From assembly GCF_037042905.1 (NCBI RefSeq), contig NC_087257.1, positions 3,968,001 to 4,032,000 on the forward strand: a stretch of 64,000 nucleotides of DNA. The letters are read 5' to 3'. Origin of the DNA: Lytechinus pictus. Taxonomy: Eukaryota. Under the pieces are notes generated by a model. The model saw only the letters and a program-made list of their open reading frames with translations. It ran no database searches and had not been told where the DNA came from. Positions 48,201-59,603 of the stretch are shown piece after piece. Position 1 is the first letter of the stretch; each line of letters begins with the position of its first letter. The position numbers and the translations under genes are program-made.

Positions 48201-51200
48201 AACCGGTCATTGTTCTGAAACGCTGGAAAGTACACAGTGTCACAATGGGCCTTTTCACACGTGAATCTTGAATTATCATTGTAATGATGATTGCTATTGT
48301 AATCTTGACTGTGATAGTGTTCGTGATTCTATTCATGTTCTAGTTTGGTTTCACACGCGCTAAATATTCGTCATTAGCCTTATTTTTCACTGGAATCATT
48401 CACATTACGATTTTTTACCGTGTGAAAGGGCGGAATGTGATTGCAGCGTGTTCATAAGGTCGACAACAATCATGTATGTGATTCACACTTTTGAAATACT
48501 CCCAAATACTCAAATTAACAGTGTAAAGGGGATTTCACATTGCGTTCCACACTGTTGGACATACTGTTCTTTCCAGCAGGGATGGTTTATAACCAAGGAT
48601 TCATTTTCGGCATTATTTAGCATTACAAAATTACACGCACTTGATACCATTGAGACAGTGCAAATACCCTCGGCTACACCTCAGGCGTTTTAGAACTGTC
48701 CTGAATGTAACTCGTGCGTGCAAATACCCTGCATGATGCGGTCTTCTATTATGTTATTATCTACTACCAATAAAAGTGGAGGGAAAACGGCTAATGAATT
48801 GCCAATTTGATATTTTACCATGGAGCTTTTAAACACAGATTTTACATTGCCTAATTAGTGATCCCATTTTTAGAACAAACATACATTTCTTATTCCTTGT
48901 GCAATTTCATTAAAACTTTCATCATTCGGTTTTCCTGATTTTTTTTCTCCTCTATCACACACCATTTTAAGACCAAGGGTACGTTGGAATCTCATATTCG
49001 CATAGTCCTCGGTTTGAACACTCGGACCTTAGATATGTCCGCAGTCCTCATTGCGACTACACGTAAACACACTGGGAACACGCAATAGTTTTAAAAGTGA
49101 ATTAAAGAATCTATCTTCTATTCATTTCGCTCATTTTAGAACAAGTGTGGTTAGTTACGTATGCGATCAAACTGCTATCAATGAACCTACATTTGCAGTA
49201 ATTTCAGAAGCACCAACAAGGACTTACGTAAGTTTCATTTGGATTTTATATTGACAATATTTGAAAATAGAGCTTGTTAAGAACTGGAATGAAAGTCGAG
49301 AAAAAATCAAGAATTTTGTTTCAGAAACACACATTATTGATTGATTGATTGATTGACAACGAATTTATTCATTCCAAAATTTCAACAAAGTTACAAAGTA
49401 AAGCAAAATATAATATAACATTTTGAAATGAAATAGGAACCTTCTGGAAAGCAAAGCTTGTTATTGAAGGTTTCCTTTAATAAATAAGACTTAATGCAAA
49501 AAACAATATATATATATAATATACTAATCATATCGTTCTTGTTGAAGTTCAAAATAGATACAATAAACAAGTCATCATATCTTTCTTGTAAAAATTATAT
49601 GTAAAAATTATATGTAAATCCTTGTTAAATGTATTTTATTTTTTTTTTTACATATTCTCCCAAGTAAAAAATAAACAAGGCTGGATTATCTTACAAGATA
49701 TGAAGAAAAAGTGAAAAGGACACACAAGACAAAACGTTACGAAAACAGGACGTGACAGAACGGTACAAGATCAAGACATGACAAAAAGTTATACCAAAAC
49801 AAGACAGACGAAGTATTACAAGAACAGACAAATTGAAAAAAAAGACAACGACAACAACAAAACAAAGGACAAAAACGAGTAAAAGAAAGAAAGAAGAAGG
49901 AAAGAAAAAAAACCCAAAAAAAAACAGGTAGAGCGAAAGAAAGGAGACGGGAAAAGAAGCGAAATAAAGGCAGGGTGGGGGAGGGGGGGATCCAGAAGAA
50001 CAGAAGATCCACAAGATATCCTAAGTAGGATGAATGATGTGAGTGTTATAGTTATTGGTTAGATTTTTTTTAAGTGCTCTATTGAAGCTATGAATAGTTG
50101 GCTTATTTCGTAAAGTTTGCGGAAGTGAATTCCAAAGTTTGATACCAGAAGATATAAACAGTTTGTTTGTTAATAATGTCCTCGTTCTAGGTAAATGGAA
50201 AAGTCCAGCAGATCTTGTAGGGTAGTGATGTACATTGATATTTCGTATGAACATAGAATAAAATACGTCTGGTAGTTCATCTTTACTAAGGTTGAACATA
50301 AAAGATCCAAGATTATAATGGTAAAGATCATGTATCTTAAGAATTCCATGAGTTTTAAAAAGAACATTCGTATGTGCCCGATAATGAGAATGGCAAATAA
50401 CGCGCAAAGCTTTTTTCTGAAGTAGTAAAAGTCTATTCAAATGAAAATCAGCACAACTCCCCCATGCAATAATACAAAAGTTCAAATGCGGGAGTATCAG
50501 TGTAGAGTATAAGTTTAATAATATACGAGTCGGAAAATAGAATTTAACTTTATTTATAATTCCAATATTCCGTGAAATTATTTTGCATGTGTTATCTATA
50601 TGTTCTTTCCATGACAGTCTGTCGTCGATAGTTACTCCTAGAAATTTCGTACTTAATACTCTTTGAATATTAATATTATCAAAAATAATGTTACCTGGGA
50701 GTTCATCAATGATATTGCTGAAGAGCATGTAATTTGTTTTAGTGAGATTAAGCGATAATTTGTTGGCTTTGATCCACTCTGAGACTAGTTTTAATTCATT
50801 ATTAAGTGTGTCAAGTAAATGTTTGGGGTCCTTATGAGAAAAAAATATATTTGAGTCGTCGGCAAAAAGAATGAATGATAAAGTACTTGATGATTTATAA
50901 AAATCATTAATGTAGACCAAAAAAAGAAGCGGACCCAAGATTGAGCCTTGAGGGACTCCACATGAGATAGATTTGGGAGGGGAATCTACATTTGCTATGG
51001 AAACATATTGCTGCCTACTGCTGAGGTAGTTCCTGAACCACTCCAAGGCTATCCCTCTGATTCCATAATAATTAAGCTTGTATAAAAGGATATCATGGTT
51101 GATTGTGTCGAAAGCCTTGGAGAAGTCCAGGAACACCCCAACAGTATGCTCATACTTGTCAATTCCATTGGCAATCTTATTAATCGTTGACAACAGGGCA

Positions 51201-54200
51201 TGAGTAGTACTATGTTTTTCGCGAAAACCAAACTGCAGGGGATAAAACAATTTATGTATATTAAGAAACTTTGTCGTGCGTACAAAAATTACTTTTTCCA
51301 AAACCTTCGAAAGGCATGTCAATAATGATATGGGGCGATAATTTCCCAACACGGTGTTGTCGCCTTTTTTAAAAATAGGGATTACTCGGGCTTGCTTTAA
51401 TGAAGAAGGTACAACTCCTTTAGAAAGAGACAAATTAAAGATATAAGTCAAAGGTTTAATAATGTGTATCAGGTTTCTTTTCAGGAGAATGTTACTTATA
51501 TCGTCACATCCTGAACTCATTTTATTCTTTAGTCCAGAAATTATATCAGCTAGTTCTTTTACGTCTGTTGGTGTGAAATATATCGAATTTGGATTAGGGA
51601 CATTAAGATAAGATGTGAAGTGTTTAGAAGAGGCAGGGATTGTGCTGGCAAGATTTTGGCCTACGGATGCAAAATAGTCATTAAAAACATTTGCCAAGGC
51701 AAGGGGATCCTCTACCAATTCACCATCAACATTTATTTTCGTGGGCGTAGACATTCTGAAGTTACCTTGTATAACGTTTTTTATAACTTTCCATGTATTT
51801 TTAACGTCGTTTCTATAGAGGTCAAATTGATTATGAAAATAATTCTTTTTACATTTTCTCAGTATACCTGTCAGAATATTTTTGTAGTCAGTGTACTTTT
51901 TTCTATTACTGTCGCAAGGCTTTGAAATAGTTTTTAAGTAAAGGTTATTCTTTCTGTTTATTGAGCGCAAAATGCTAGGTGTAATCCATGGGGACCTTGG
52001 AACCTTTTTGTAATTAGAGCGTTTGAATCGCACTACGGGAAAAGAGCTATTCATTAATGGATTCAATTTATTCATAAAAGCGTCAAATGCATCCTCGGCA
52101 TTTTGAATACTGTAAATTCCTGACCAGTCAACATTTCCTAACTCTTCATTGAACAGATTCATATTATTTTCAGAAAAATCACGTCGAGTATTATGATCAA
52201 CTTTGTGTTCAGTGGCGTTGGTATCTAGTTTAAAATGCGAAAATATGGGAAAATGGTCCGACAAATCAGAAAGAATTATTCCCGTAGAGAGAGTACTTCT
52301 GGTATTTGTAAATATATTGTCGATGAGAGTAGCCGATGTACCTGTGATTCGAGTTGGCTTGGTTATCAAAGGAAGGAAACCTGCTGTCATTATTACATCC
52401 GAAAAAGTTTGAACAAAAGTATCAGTATCGTATTTTAGTAAGTCAATATTGAAATCGCCGAGTAAAAAACACGTTTTATTGACCATCTCATGGAGTGCCA
52501 ATAACCCATGGAATGTATTTAAAAAGTCATCGTGGGAGGAGTTAGGCGGCCTGTAAATCGTTCCAACCAGAATATTTTTGTCGTTGGGCATAAGAATTTC
52601 AACAAAAAGTGTTTCAATAGCATCATTCATTAAAGTAAGATCAGGCCTTAACCTGTAATCGAATTGTTGGGATACAAAAAGAGCAACGCCTCCACCTGAT
52701 TTCCCTATTCTATTATTTGTGACCAAATTATAACCTGGCAGCGTATAAAAGGATAGTTGAGTAGAGTGGGAAAACCACGTTTCTGACAAACCTATCACAG
52801 AACAAAAGAGCTTAGAATTCAATAAAAGGGAACGAAGTGATTCAAAATTTTTGTTGGCACTGCGAATGTTGCAATGTAGCATTAGAAAGTTACTGTTGTC
52901 AAGTTGTTTCGACGCTATCTGTTTATCAGTAAAATAGAGCGAGGGGGTATGTTGATACGTATTATCATTAGGATCAGAAAGAGAATCAAGATTAGCTTGT
53001 GCATTGAGAGTTTGAGCTACGGAGTCATGAAAAACAGAATTTTTACATTCATCATGTTCATCAAACTTCGAATTAAAGGCAGCCTGGAAAGTATCGTGTA
53101 ATTCATCATTATCTATATCAGAAAATGGGAAATTTGTGTTTACAGCCATCACAAAGGATGTCTAGGGGATCTCCAGAGATAGGGAGGAGTATATGCAGAT
53201 CAGCTAAACGAAATAACACAAGACATGATATTACGAGAATGACAGATACGAATACAGACAAATAACGACAAACACAAAAACAAAAAGAAAACAAATATAC
53301 AGTAGCACTTAAATCCTAGGAACCTTCAAATTATAAAAAGAGGGAGAATATTCAGAGCTGACTATATAACAGGAACAAAATAAGCAAAGTATTTTAGGCA
53401 ATATTACAGACATTAACCCTTCGAGGGAAGACGTAAAATGTGTCTATATTTTCCATGTATATACATTTCCATGAGGTGGAAGAAGAAGAACCAACAAGCA
53501 CCAGCAATAATGAGACAATTGAAAGGTTATTGGAGGAACATGCAAGCCCTTTAAATCGCAAAGCATAGCAAATGAACTAATACTAGACATTACGATAAGA
53601 TACTTCGATATAAAAAGATTGGGACAGCAATCAAAATTAATAAAACGAAAGAATGATAAACATCTGATACAGTATTGTGTTGGATATGTATCAATAAGTC
53701 CAATATGTAAAAAATGTTCATTTATACCATTTGTGTAAGAGTCTCCCAAAAGTAAGACAATAGGAGGAATTAATTTGATACATTAGCATGAAAAAAGAAA
53801 ATTCTGCATAAGAAGTTCTTTGCATTATTCTTTGCATTCTTTGCATTATCGAACAGTGTATTACTTTTCTAATTAATAATATTCTAATTAATAATATTTC
53901 TAATTAATAATATTCATTTCGTCGATAAACGAGATCTTGCCCGAGTTTTTTCCCAGGATAATGTATTTATTCGTATTTCTTTCTGTACATACATGTTTGT
54001 TACAAAGGTGTTTTTTTTCTTACATTCAGGTATGAAATCTACAGTATAATCATAAAGCATCATAACAGTAAAAGATAAATGAAATAAACACAGAAAATTA
54101 TGGAAGTATTTAAAAAAAAGGACAAGGAGAACCCCTGAACAAGCAGGGCTTGTAAGGCTAGGCTCCCCTTAGATGTATGTACCGGTATTCAATATTGATT

Positions 54201-57200
54201 TTGTGTGAAAAACAAGTTCCGGAACAATGCAAATAAAATTAGTGGGATAAATTTTAATGTAACTCTGCATAATTTTTTTAATGAAATGTTTTCTGTATTC
54301 GTTGTGTCATGTGGACAAGGTATGTTCCACGCGAGGCACCGACAGTACTGTAAATGTTCACCGGTCCTGGTTAATTTTCAGTAGGGAGTTTTCGCAACAG
54401 CTTTACAGACGCTTTCTGGAACATAGAGAATCTATTGTCAAATGCCCTTCATGACAAAGCAGTCTTTTTCGAGGGTCGGTAAATCGAAACAATTATTTCG
54501 TTCTTGACTCTGTACAAACGACATGTTTGCGATTTTTCGTCACATCTGAAACGTTGCAAGAAACTGCTTTTCCGATCCACAAAGACGTCATTGTGATTAT
54601 ACTTGCATTTTCTATGCATTTGCTGCGTTTCAGGATTCATTCCGCGTCGCCGCTAAGTGAAGCCTCCACCTTTGTATATTAGACAGGATTTTTACAATGG
54701 ACGTCATTATTTTGAATGTTCTTATTTATAGATTACTTATTGTGAATTGTTTTGTAATATACTTTGAATTAGACAGGATCGATAAAGCATAAATTACCCC
54801 CCCCCCCACAAAAAAAGATAGGGAAATAAGGTGAAAACCCCCGTCAGTTATGCATATCTAAATTCTCCGCAGAATATGGAGGTAAGAACATGCGCTGCCT
54901 GCAGCCCTGCCGTTCAAGGATGCCCTACAGAAGTTCCATCCGCGCCATCAAGTGGGCTAACAGGAGGAGGGATTGTTTGTATCATGTAAGTAGAAGAAAC
55001 CGGATGTTCGATTTGAGATGATAAAGATGATGAAAGGAGAAGGATGATGATAATAATGATGGTGGTGGTGGTGGTGATGATGGTAATAATGACGATATGA
55101 TGATGACGACGAGGATTAGGATGATGATGATGAGAATGATGAAGGTGATTAGGATAGTGATGATGAAGATGTTGGCGATGATGATGATGATAAGGATGGT
55201 GGTAGTGATGATGATGGTGATAATGACGAATACGACGATTATGATGATGGTAGTGGCTTTGGCGCCAATGATGATTATGGTGGTGGTGGTGGTGGTGGTG
55301 GTGGTGGTAGTGGTGGCGGTGATGATGATGATGATGATGATGAAGACAGTGATGACGCTGGTTACATCATTGATCTCCATGATGATGATGGATACATTGG
55401 TTATGGTGTTTATGATGATTTTGATAGTGGAGTTGTGAAGGTCGCGGTGCATAATGATGGTGGTGATGGTTGTTAAGGTGGTGGTAATCATCTATGCTTG
55501 TAAATAAATACGTAACGATGACGATTGACGACGATGATGATGATGATCACTCCATAGAAAATGGTGGTGGTGGTGGTGGTGATTATGATGATGTAAGTGA
55601 TTTCCATAACGATGTTGATGATCGTACACACCACTCCATGCCTAAAACTCAGACCTGGTGGGTGTTCATAAAGCTGTTCATAAGTTAAGAGCGACTTTAA
55701 GAACGACTGGTGATCCTTTCTTGTGGTAAATGGTATATTCATTGGCGATGGTTAAGCGCGTAAGAAAGGTTCACCAGTCGTTCTTAAAGTCGCTCTTTAA
55801 TTACGAACAACTTTATGAAACGACCCCAGGTCCTATTCTCTTGTTTTCTCTCTCTTCATAATCCATTTTCCTTCTTCTTTCACCCTTTCCTTCTTTTTTT
55901 TCTTCACTTTTTGTATAATATTAGAGGTGGTCGCCCTTCCTGCCCCCGTAGAGCCACCCCTGCCTTAAGATTTTTTTTTTGCTTTTGTTTCCACAGATTT
56001 ACAGTTCTTGTAGTGGTGTATATCGCTGGTGGAATCCTATTCCAGGTGTTCGCAAAGGGAGCATCGGGGAAAGAGATTATCCCTAACGTCAATTTTTGGT
56101 CGGACTTTCCTGGCCTTGTTAAGGTACGAACATTTTTTGGAGAATTTTTTTTTTTCAAATGAATGTTATTCTACTTCCGATGATTACTCAGTTTTTAGGT
56201 AAATAAAGGGGGAGGGGCAGTACATTTGGGTCAATTACTACAATGTGTAGTTTACCTAAATGTGACATAATATTATGCGATTACTCCGTTTAATGATATT
56301 TTTTTAACACGTGCACACTCTGGTATCAATATTGTATAGGTCATGTATTCATTCATTTGATCTTGATTTGATGTAAGATGATGAAAAGAACCATGAAGAT
56401 AAAATGCCTTGCTCAAGGGTTGTGCCGGGAATCGGACCTCCATGGTGTAATCGGGCGATTTAGACCAATCGGCCACGGTACCTTGCCGTAATAGTTCAAG
56501 TCAAGGTCAAGTCCACCCCAGAAAAATGTTTATTTGAATAAAATAGAGAAAAAACAAACACAACACTGAAAATTTCATCAAAATCGGATACGTTTTGACG
56601 TTTTAAAGCTTAGCTTATTTTTCAGGAAACAGTTATAAGCACTATTCAGTGATATGCAAACGAGAGAGTCGACGATGTCCCCCACTCACTATTTCATTTG
56701 TTTTTGTATTGTTTGAATAAAACAATATTTCATTTTTTTTTACAGATTTGGCAATAATGACCAACTTGACTGAACCACATAATGTTAAGATAATGGTAAT
56801 CCACATGTTCAGGGAGGAATAATTTTTTTTTTCACATGACAATGATGAAGAAATTGAAGTATTTCATATTTCATATAATGACATACAAAAGAAATAGTGA
56901 GTGGGTGACGTCATCGGTCCCCTCATTTACATACTAATCAGGATGTGCATATTATAACTGTTTTGGGAAATTAAGCAAATCTTTAAAATGTCATAATTTT
57001 CATATTTTACATCCGATTTGATGACATTTTCAGTGTTATGCTTATTAGATTTTTCTCTTTGTATTCAAGCCAACTTTCTGTTGGGATGGACTTGTCCTTT
57101 AATATCATAATAATTCATTATCATTATTATCATAACGATAGTACTAATAAGCAAGAACTACATGTATTAATGACTCTGGAATAGGCATTATTTTAGCGCC

Positions 57201-57515
57201 ATCTATCGAGATGTATAATATCTTCCGAATAGCACTATTATTTCTTTTACACATGCTTTGGCTCGATCTGCCTTCCAGCGCTAAGGGCATTCAAGGACCT
57301 AGTATTCATGCCGGGTACCCGTTTAGCCCACATGGGTCGAATGCAGCGCCATGTTGGTAAATTCCTTGCTGAGGGTAAACACGCCCTGGCTAGAATTCAT
57401 TGAACTTGATTTATTTCTCAATATTATTAATACATCTTTTTTCGTTTGTTTTCTACAGGATGGGTTTCTCTTCATGATATCTCCGTGTAGACGAGGAGGA
57501 TATTCTGATATGTAG
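45210..57515 (+). CDS. Single-MRH-domain type I membrane protein (cation-dependent mannose-6-phosphate receptor-like / Atg27-like), 7 exons, ~267 aa
   Basis: Exons 45210-45406, 47455-47548, 47960-48087, 49140-49227, 54873-54985, 55997-56123, 57459-57515 (804 nt, phases consistent). Signal peptide; MRH motifs YAFNPC, SCQ, RTSVVSYVCD, E...Y; TM segment GGGIVCIIFTVLVVVYIAGGILF; juxtamembrane GKEIIPNVNFWSDFPGLVKDGFLF typical of the M6PR/Atg27 family; C-terminal RGGYSDM (YxxPhi). Confidence 0.88.
45789..46020. mobile_element. hAT-type MITE with poly-G tracts (related elements at ~2935-3195 and ~32211-32500)
   Basis: CAGTGGCGTACCTA...TAGGTACGCTAGTG with perfect 8-bp TSD CTCTGAAC. Confidence 0.8.
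49337..53779 (-). mobile_element. CR1/L2-group LINE (Crack-like), in intron 4 of the M6PR-like gene, antisense to host
   Basis: Intact ORF2; 3' stem-loop at 49436-49475; AATAAA plus (CAAT)n tail at 49337-49370; candidate TSD ACATTA at 49331-49336 / 53780-53785. No ORF1 seen, so probably 5'-truncated. The 5' boundary is tentative. Confidence 0.88.
50021..53152 (-). CDS. LINE ORF2: AP endonuclease + reverse transcriptase, 1043 aa, uninterrupted
   Basis: APE motifs HCNIRS, GLSETW, GGGVAL, IYRPP, LGDFN, TLIDNIF, SDHFPI; RT motifs NYRPISLL, QFGFR, FLDFSKAFD, GVPQGSILGPLLF, FADD, KFLGV; C-terminal GIKLWNSLP. Confidence 0.96.
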   Translation of the reverse strand: MMAVNTNFPFSDIDNDELHDTFQAAFNSKFDEHDECKNSVFHDSVAQTLNAQANLDSLSDPNDNTYQHTPSLYFTDKQIASKQLDNSNFLMLHCNIRSANKNFESLRSLLLNSKLFCSVIGLSETWFSHSTQLSFYTLPGYNLVTNNRIGKSGGGVALFVSQQFDYRLRPDLTLMNDAIETLFVEILMPNDKNILVGTIYRPPNSSHDDFLNTFHGLLALHEMVNKTCFLLGDFNIDLLKYDTDTFVQTFSDVIMTAGFLPLITKPTRITGTSATLIDNIFTNTRSTLSTGIILSDLSDHFPIFSHFKLDTNATEHKVDHNTRRDFSENNMNLFNEELGNVDWSGIYSIQNAEDAFDAFMNKLNPLMNSSFPVVRFKRSNYKKVPRSPWITPSILRSINRKNNLYLKTISKPCDSNRKKYTDYKNILTGILRKCKKNYFHNQFDLYRNDVKNTWKVIKNVIQGNFRMSTPTKINVDGELVEDPLALANVFNDYFASVGQNLASTIPASSKHFTSYLNVPNPNSIYFTPTDVKELADIISGLKNKMSSGCDDISNILLKRNLIHIIKPLTYIFNLSLSKGVVPSSLKQARVIPIFKKGDNTVLGNYRPISLLTCLSKVLEKVIFVRTTKFLNIHKLFYPLQFGFREKHSTTHALLSTINKIANGIDKYEHTVGVFLDFSKAFDTINHDILLYKLNYYGIRGIALEWFRNYLSSRQQYVSIANVDSPPKSISCGVPQGSILGPLLFLVYINDFYKSSSTLSFILFADDSNIFFSHKDPKHLLDTLNNELKLVSEWIKANKLSLNLTKTNYMLFSNIIDELPGNIIFDNINIQRVLSTKFLGVTIDDRLSWKEHIDNTCKIISRNIGIINKVKFYFPTRILLNLYSTLILPHLNFCIIAWGSCADFHLNRLLLLQKKALRVICHSHYRAHTNVLFKTHGILKIHDLYHYNLGSFMFNLSKDELPDVFYSMFIRNINVHHYPTRSAGLFHLPRTRTLLTNKLFISSGIKLWNSLPQTLRNKPTIHSFNRALKKNLTNNYNTHIIHPT
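55015..55622. repeat. (GAT)n/(GGT)n degenerate trinucleotide tract (similar tracts at ~40720-41250 and ~60330-60510)
   Basis: Visible repeats; source of the spurious poly-M/I/D ORFs in the track. Confidence 0.9.
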
Positions 57516-58000
57516 AAAATAATAGTAGACCTTACACAAGGCTTGGCTCTGGTAAGATAAAAAAAATAACAAACTACTATTTTTTAATGAAAATAATGTG
57601 AAAATTGTGATTTAAGTAATGATAGAAGTAGTGATGATATAACAACATCAACAATAATGAGAATAATAATAGTAATATTGACGATGACGATGGAGAAGGA
57701 TAACGATGATGATGATAAAAAAGATGATGATGATAGGGATTAAAAATTTATTTATATATTTATTCATTTATTTGTTTTTCTACTCCCACATTATAAAAAA
57801 GAACAAGGAGAAGAGCAGTTAGCAAAGCGCACAACATGACAAAATGACATTTGACTTTATATAAATATATAAATAGGCATGGCGGCTTGTCATTGTTCAA
57901 GACCCACCTACACCCGACAAAGAAAATTATAATTGGTATAGTGTCGAAAATCTGTCTATCTGACAGTCAATCGGATCTGGGTCGCCCTAGCCACTAACCC

Positions 58001-58072
58001 GTCTCTGTGGTCTAGTGGTTAAGGCACCGGCGTTCAAAGCTGGGGGCCCGGATTTGATTCCCGGCAGATACA
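58001..58072 (+). pseudogene. tRNA-like cloverleaf with UCA anticodon and short variable loop (probably repeat-associated)
   Basis: Acceptor GTCTCTG/CAGATAC (1 mismatch); A box TGGTCTAGTGG; anticodon arm CCGGC-GTTCAAA-GCTGG; T arm CCGGA-TTTGATT-CCCGG (decayed); followed by T6. Confidence 0.55.
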
Positions 58073-59466
58073 TTTTTTCGGCATTACCAATTTTTCCAAA
58101 GGGCAGATAGCTCTGGGAAACCTTGATTTAAGCTACGCCTACCATTTTCTTCATCCATTTCTTTCAAAATATATATACATGTATATATATATATATCTAT
58201 ATATTTATATATATATTTATATAAGTGTATTCTCCTTGTTCTTTTTATATAAAAAAAAAACATTTTAAAAAGCAACATTGTCGATAGAATATCAGAAATA
58301 AAAAAGGAGGTAAACAAGAATAATTATTGAGGTAAAGTTATGACAACAGAGTTGAAATAAACCAAAATGATGGAAAATGGGCATGCACGAAAAAAGTGTT
58401 GAAACGCAAATTATCCAAAAGATTTTTATAATTTAATGAACACATGTGAGGTGAATATGGAAACCTGACAGGAATTAATTCTTATGACATACTTTTGCTT
58501 TCCCTTTCTTTTTCTTTTCACAAAATAGGTTGTGCATATCGAGGAATTTATTGTTCATCGACAGATCGATTACGAAGTTTAATAACGACCGTGGCATAGA
58601 AAGTTCTGTTAAAAAAAATTATTTGAGGATTGTAATAATAAATTACAAAAAGCCAACGGAAAAAATAATATGGATTGAGAGAGAGAGAGAGAGAGGTAGA
58701 GATTTGGGGTGGGGTGGGGGAATGGAGCGAGGAGGAGGGGGTGAACCTGTTGATCAAACGATATAAATATAGCTTGGATAGATAGATAGGTGGATAGATA
58801 AGCAGGTAGGTTGATAGATAGACAGATAAATAAGTGGATTGATATATTCTTATAGCCACACTTAAACATGGAAAAGGTTTCCTTATTTATTTTCAAATGT
58901 AAATCGAATTTGGAGTGACACCTTTTTTAAACTTAAATATGTTGGTATATTAAATAAACACTTTAGTATAATATCGTCGGGGACGTGCGAGTAAATTTTT
59001 AACAAATTGGAAAAAAAGGTTAAAATATACACTCCGGCGATTTTTGGAATTCTCAACTTTCAAAACTGCAGCATGATACAACATACGAGTCAAAATATTT
59101 AAAATTTCACACCCCCCCCCCAAAAAAAAAGCAGTATACGTAAGATTATTATACAAGTTTGATTTTGCTGTGTTTGTTGGAGAAAAGGAATATGCCTAAA
59201 GAGTTTGTCAAAAATACAATGCCTACAAATTTTGCAAACCCCACTTTGTAATTCATTACTCTCAAAGCTTTAGTATACGTATCAAACTAGCCATGACTTC
59301 TGAATACACTTCAAATCAACATACTTATGTTAGATTAGATTTATGTCTAATTTTGTTTTGTTTATGTTACTAGTTTATTTTCTATCCGTTTTCTATTTCA
59401 ATTATTATTCATGTGTACAATTCATTTACTTGAAGCGCTATGAGCGCCGAAAGGTGGGCCTGTGTA

Positions 59467-59603
59467 NNNNNNNNNNNNNNNNNNNNNNNNNNNNNNNNNN
59501 NNNNNNNNNNNNNNNNNNNNNNNNNNNNNNNNNNNNNNNNNNNNNNNNNNNNNNNNNNNNNNNNNNNNNNNNNNNNNNNNNNNNNNNNNNNNNNNNNNNN
59601 NNN
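59467..59603. other. Assembly gap
   Basis: Run of N. Confidence 0.99.

Noticed and set aside
54982-55742. ORFs rich in I/T/M/V/D (also 60241-60554 and 40936-41136)
   Set aside because: Translations of (GAT)n/(GGT)n microsatellites, not genes.
58001-58072. Functional tRNA-Sec gene
   Set aside because: No long variable arm, 7-bp acceptor with a mismatch, decayed T arm and G at position 32; kept only as a tRNA-like finding.
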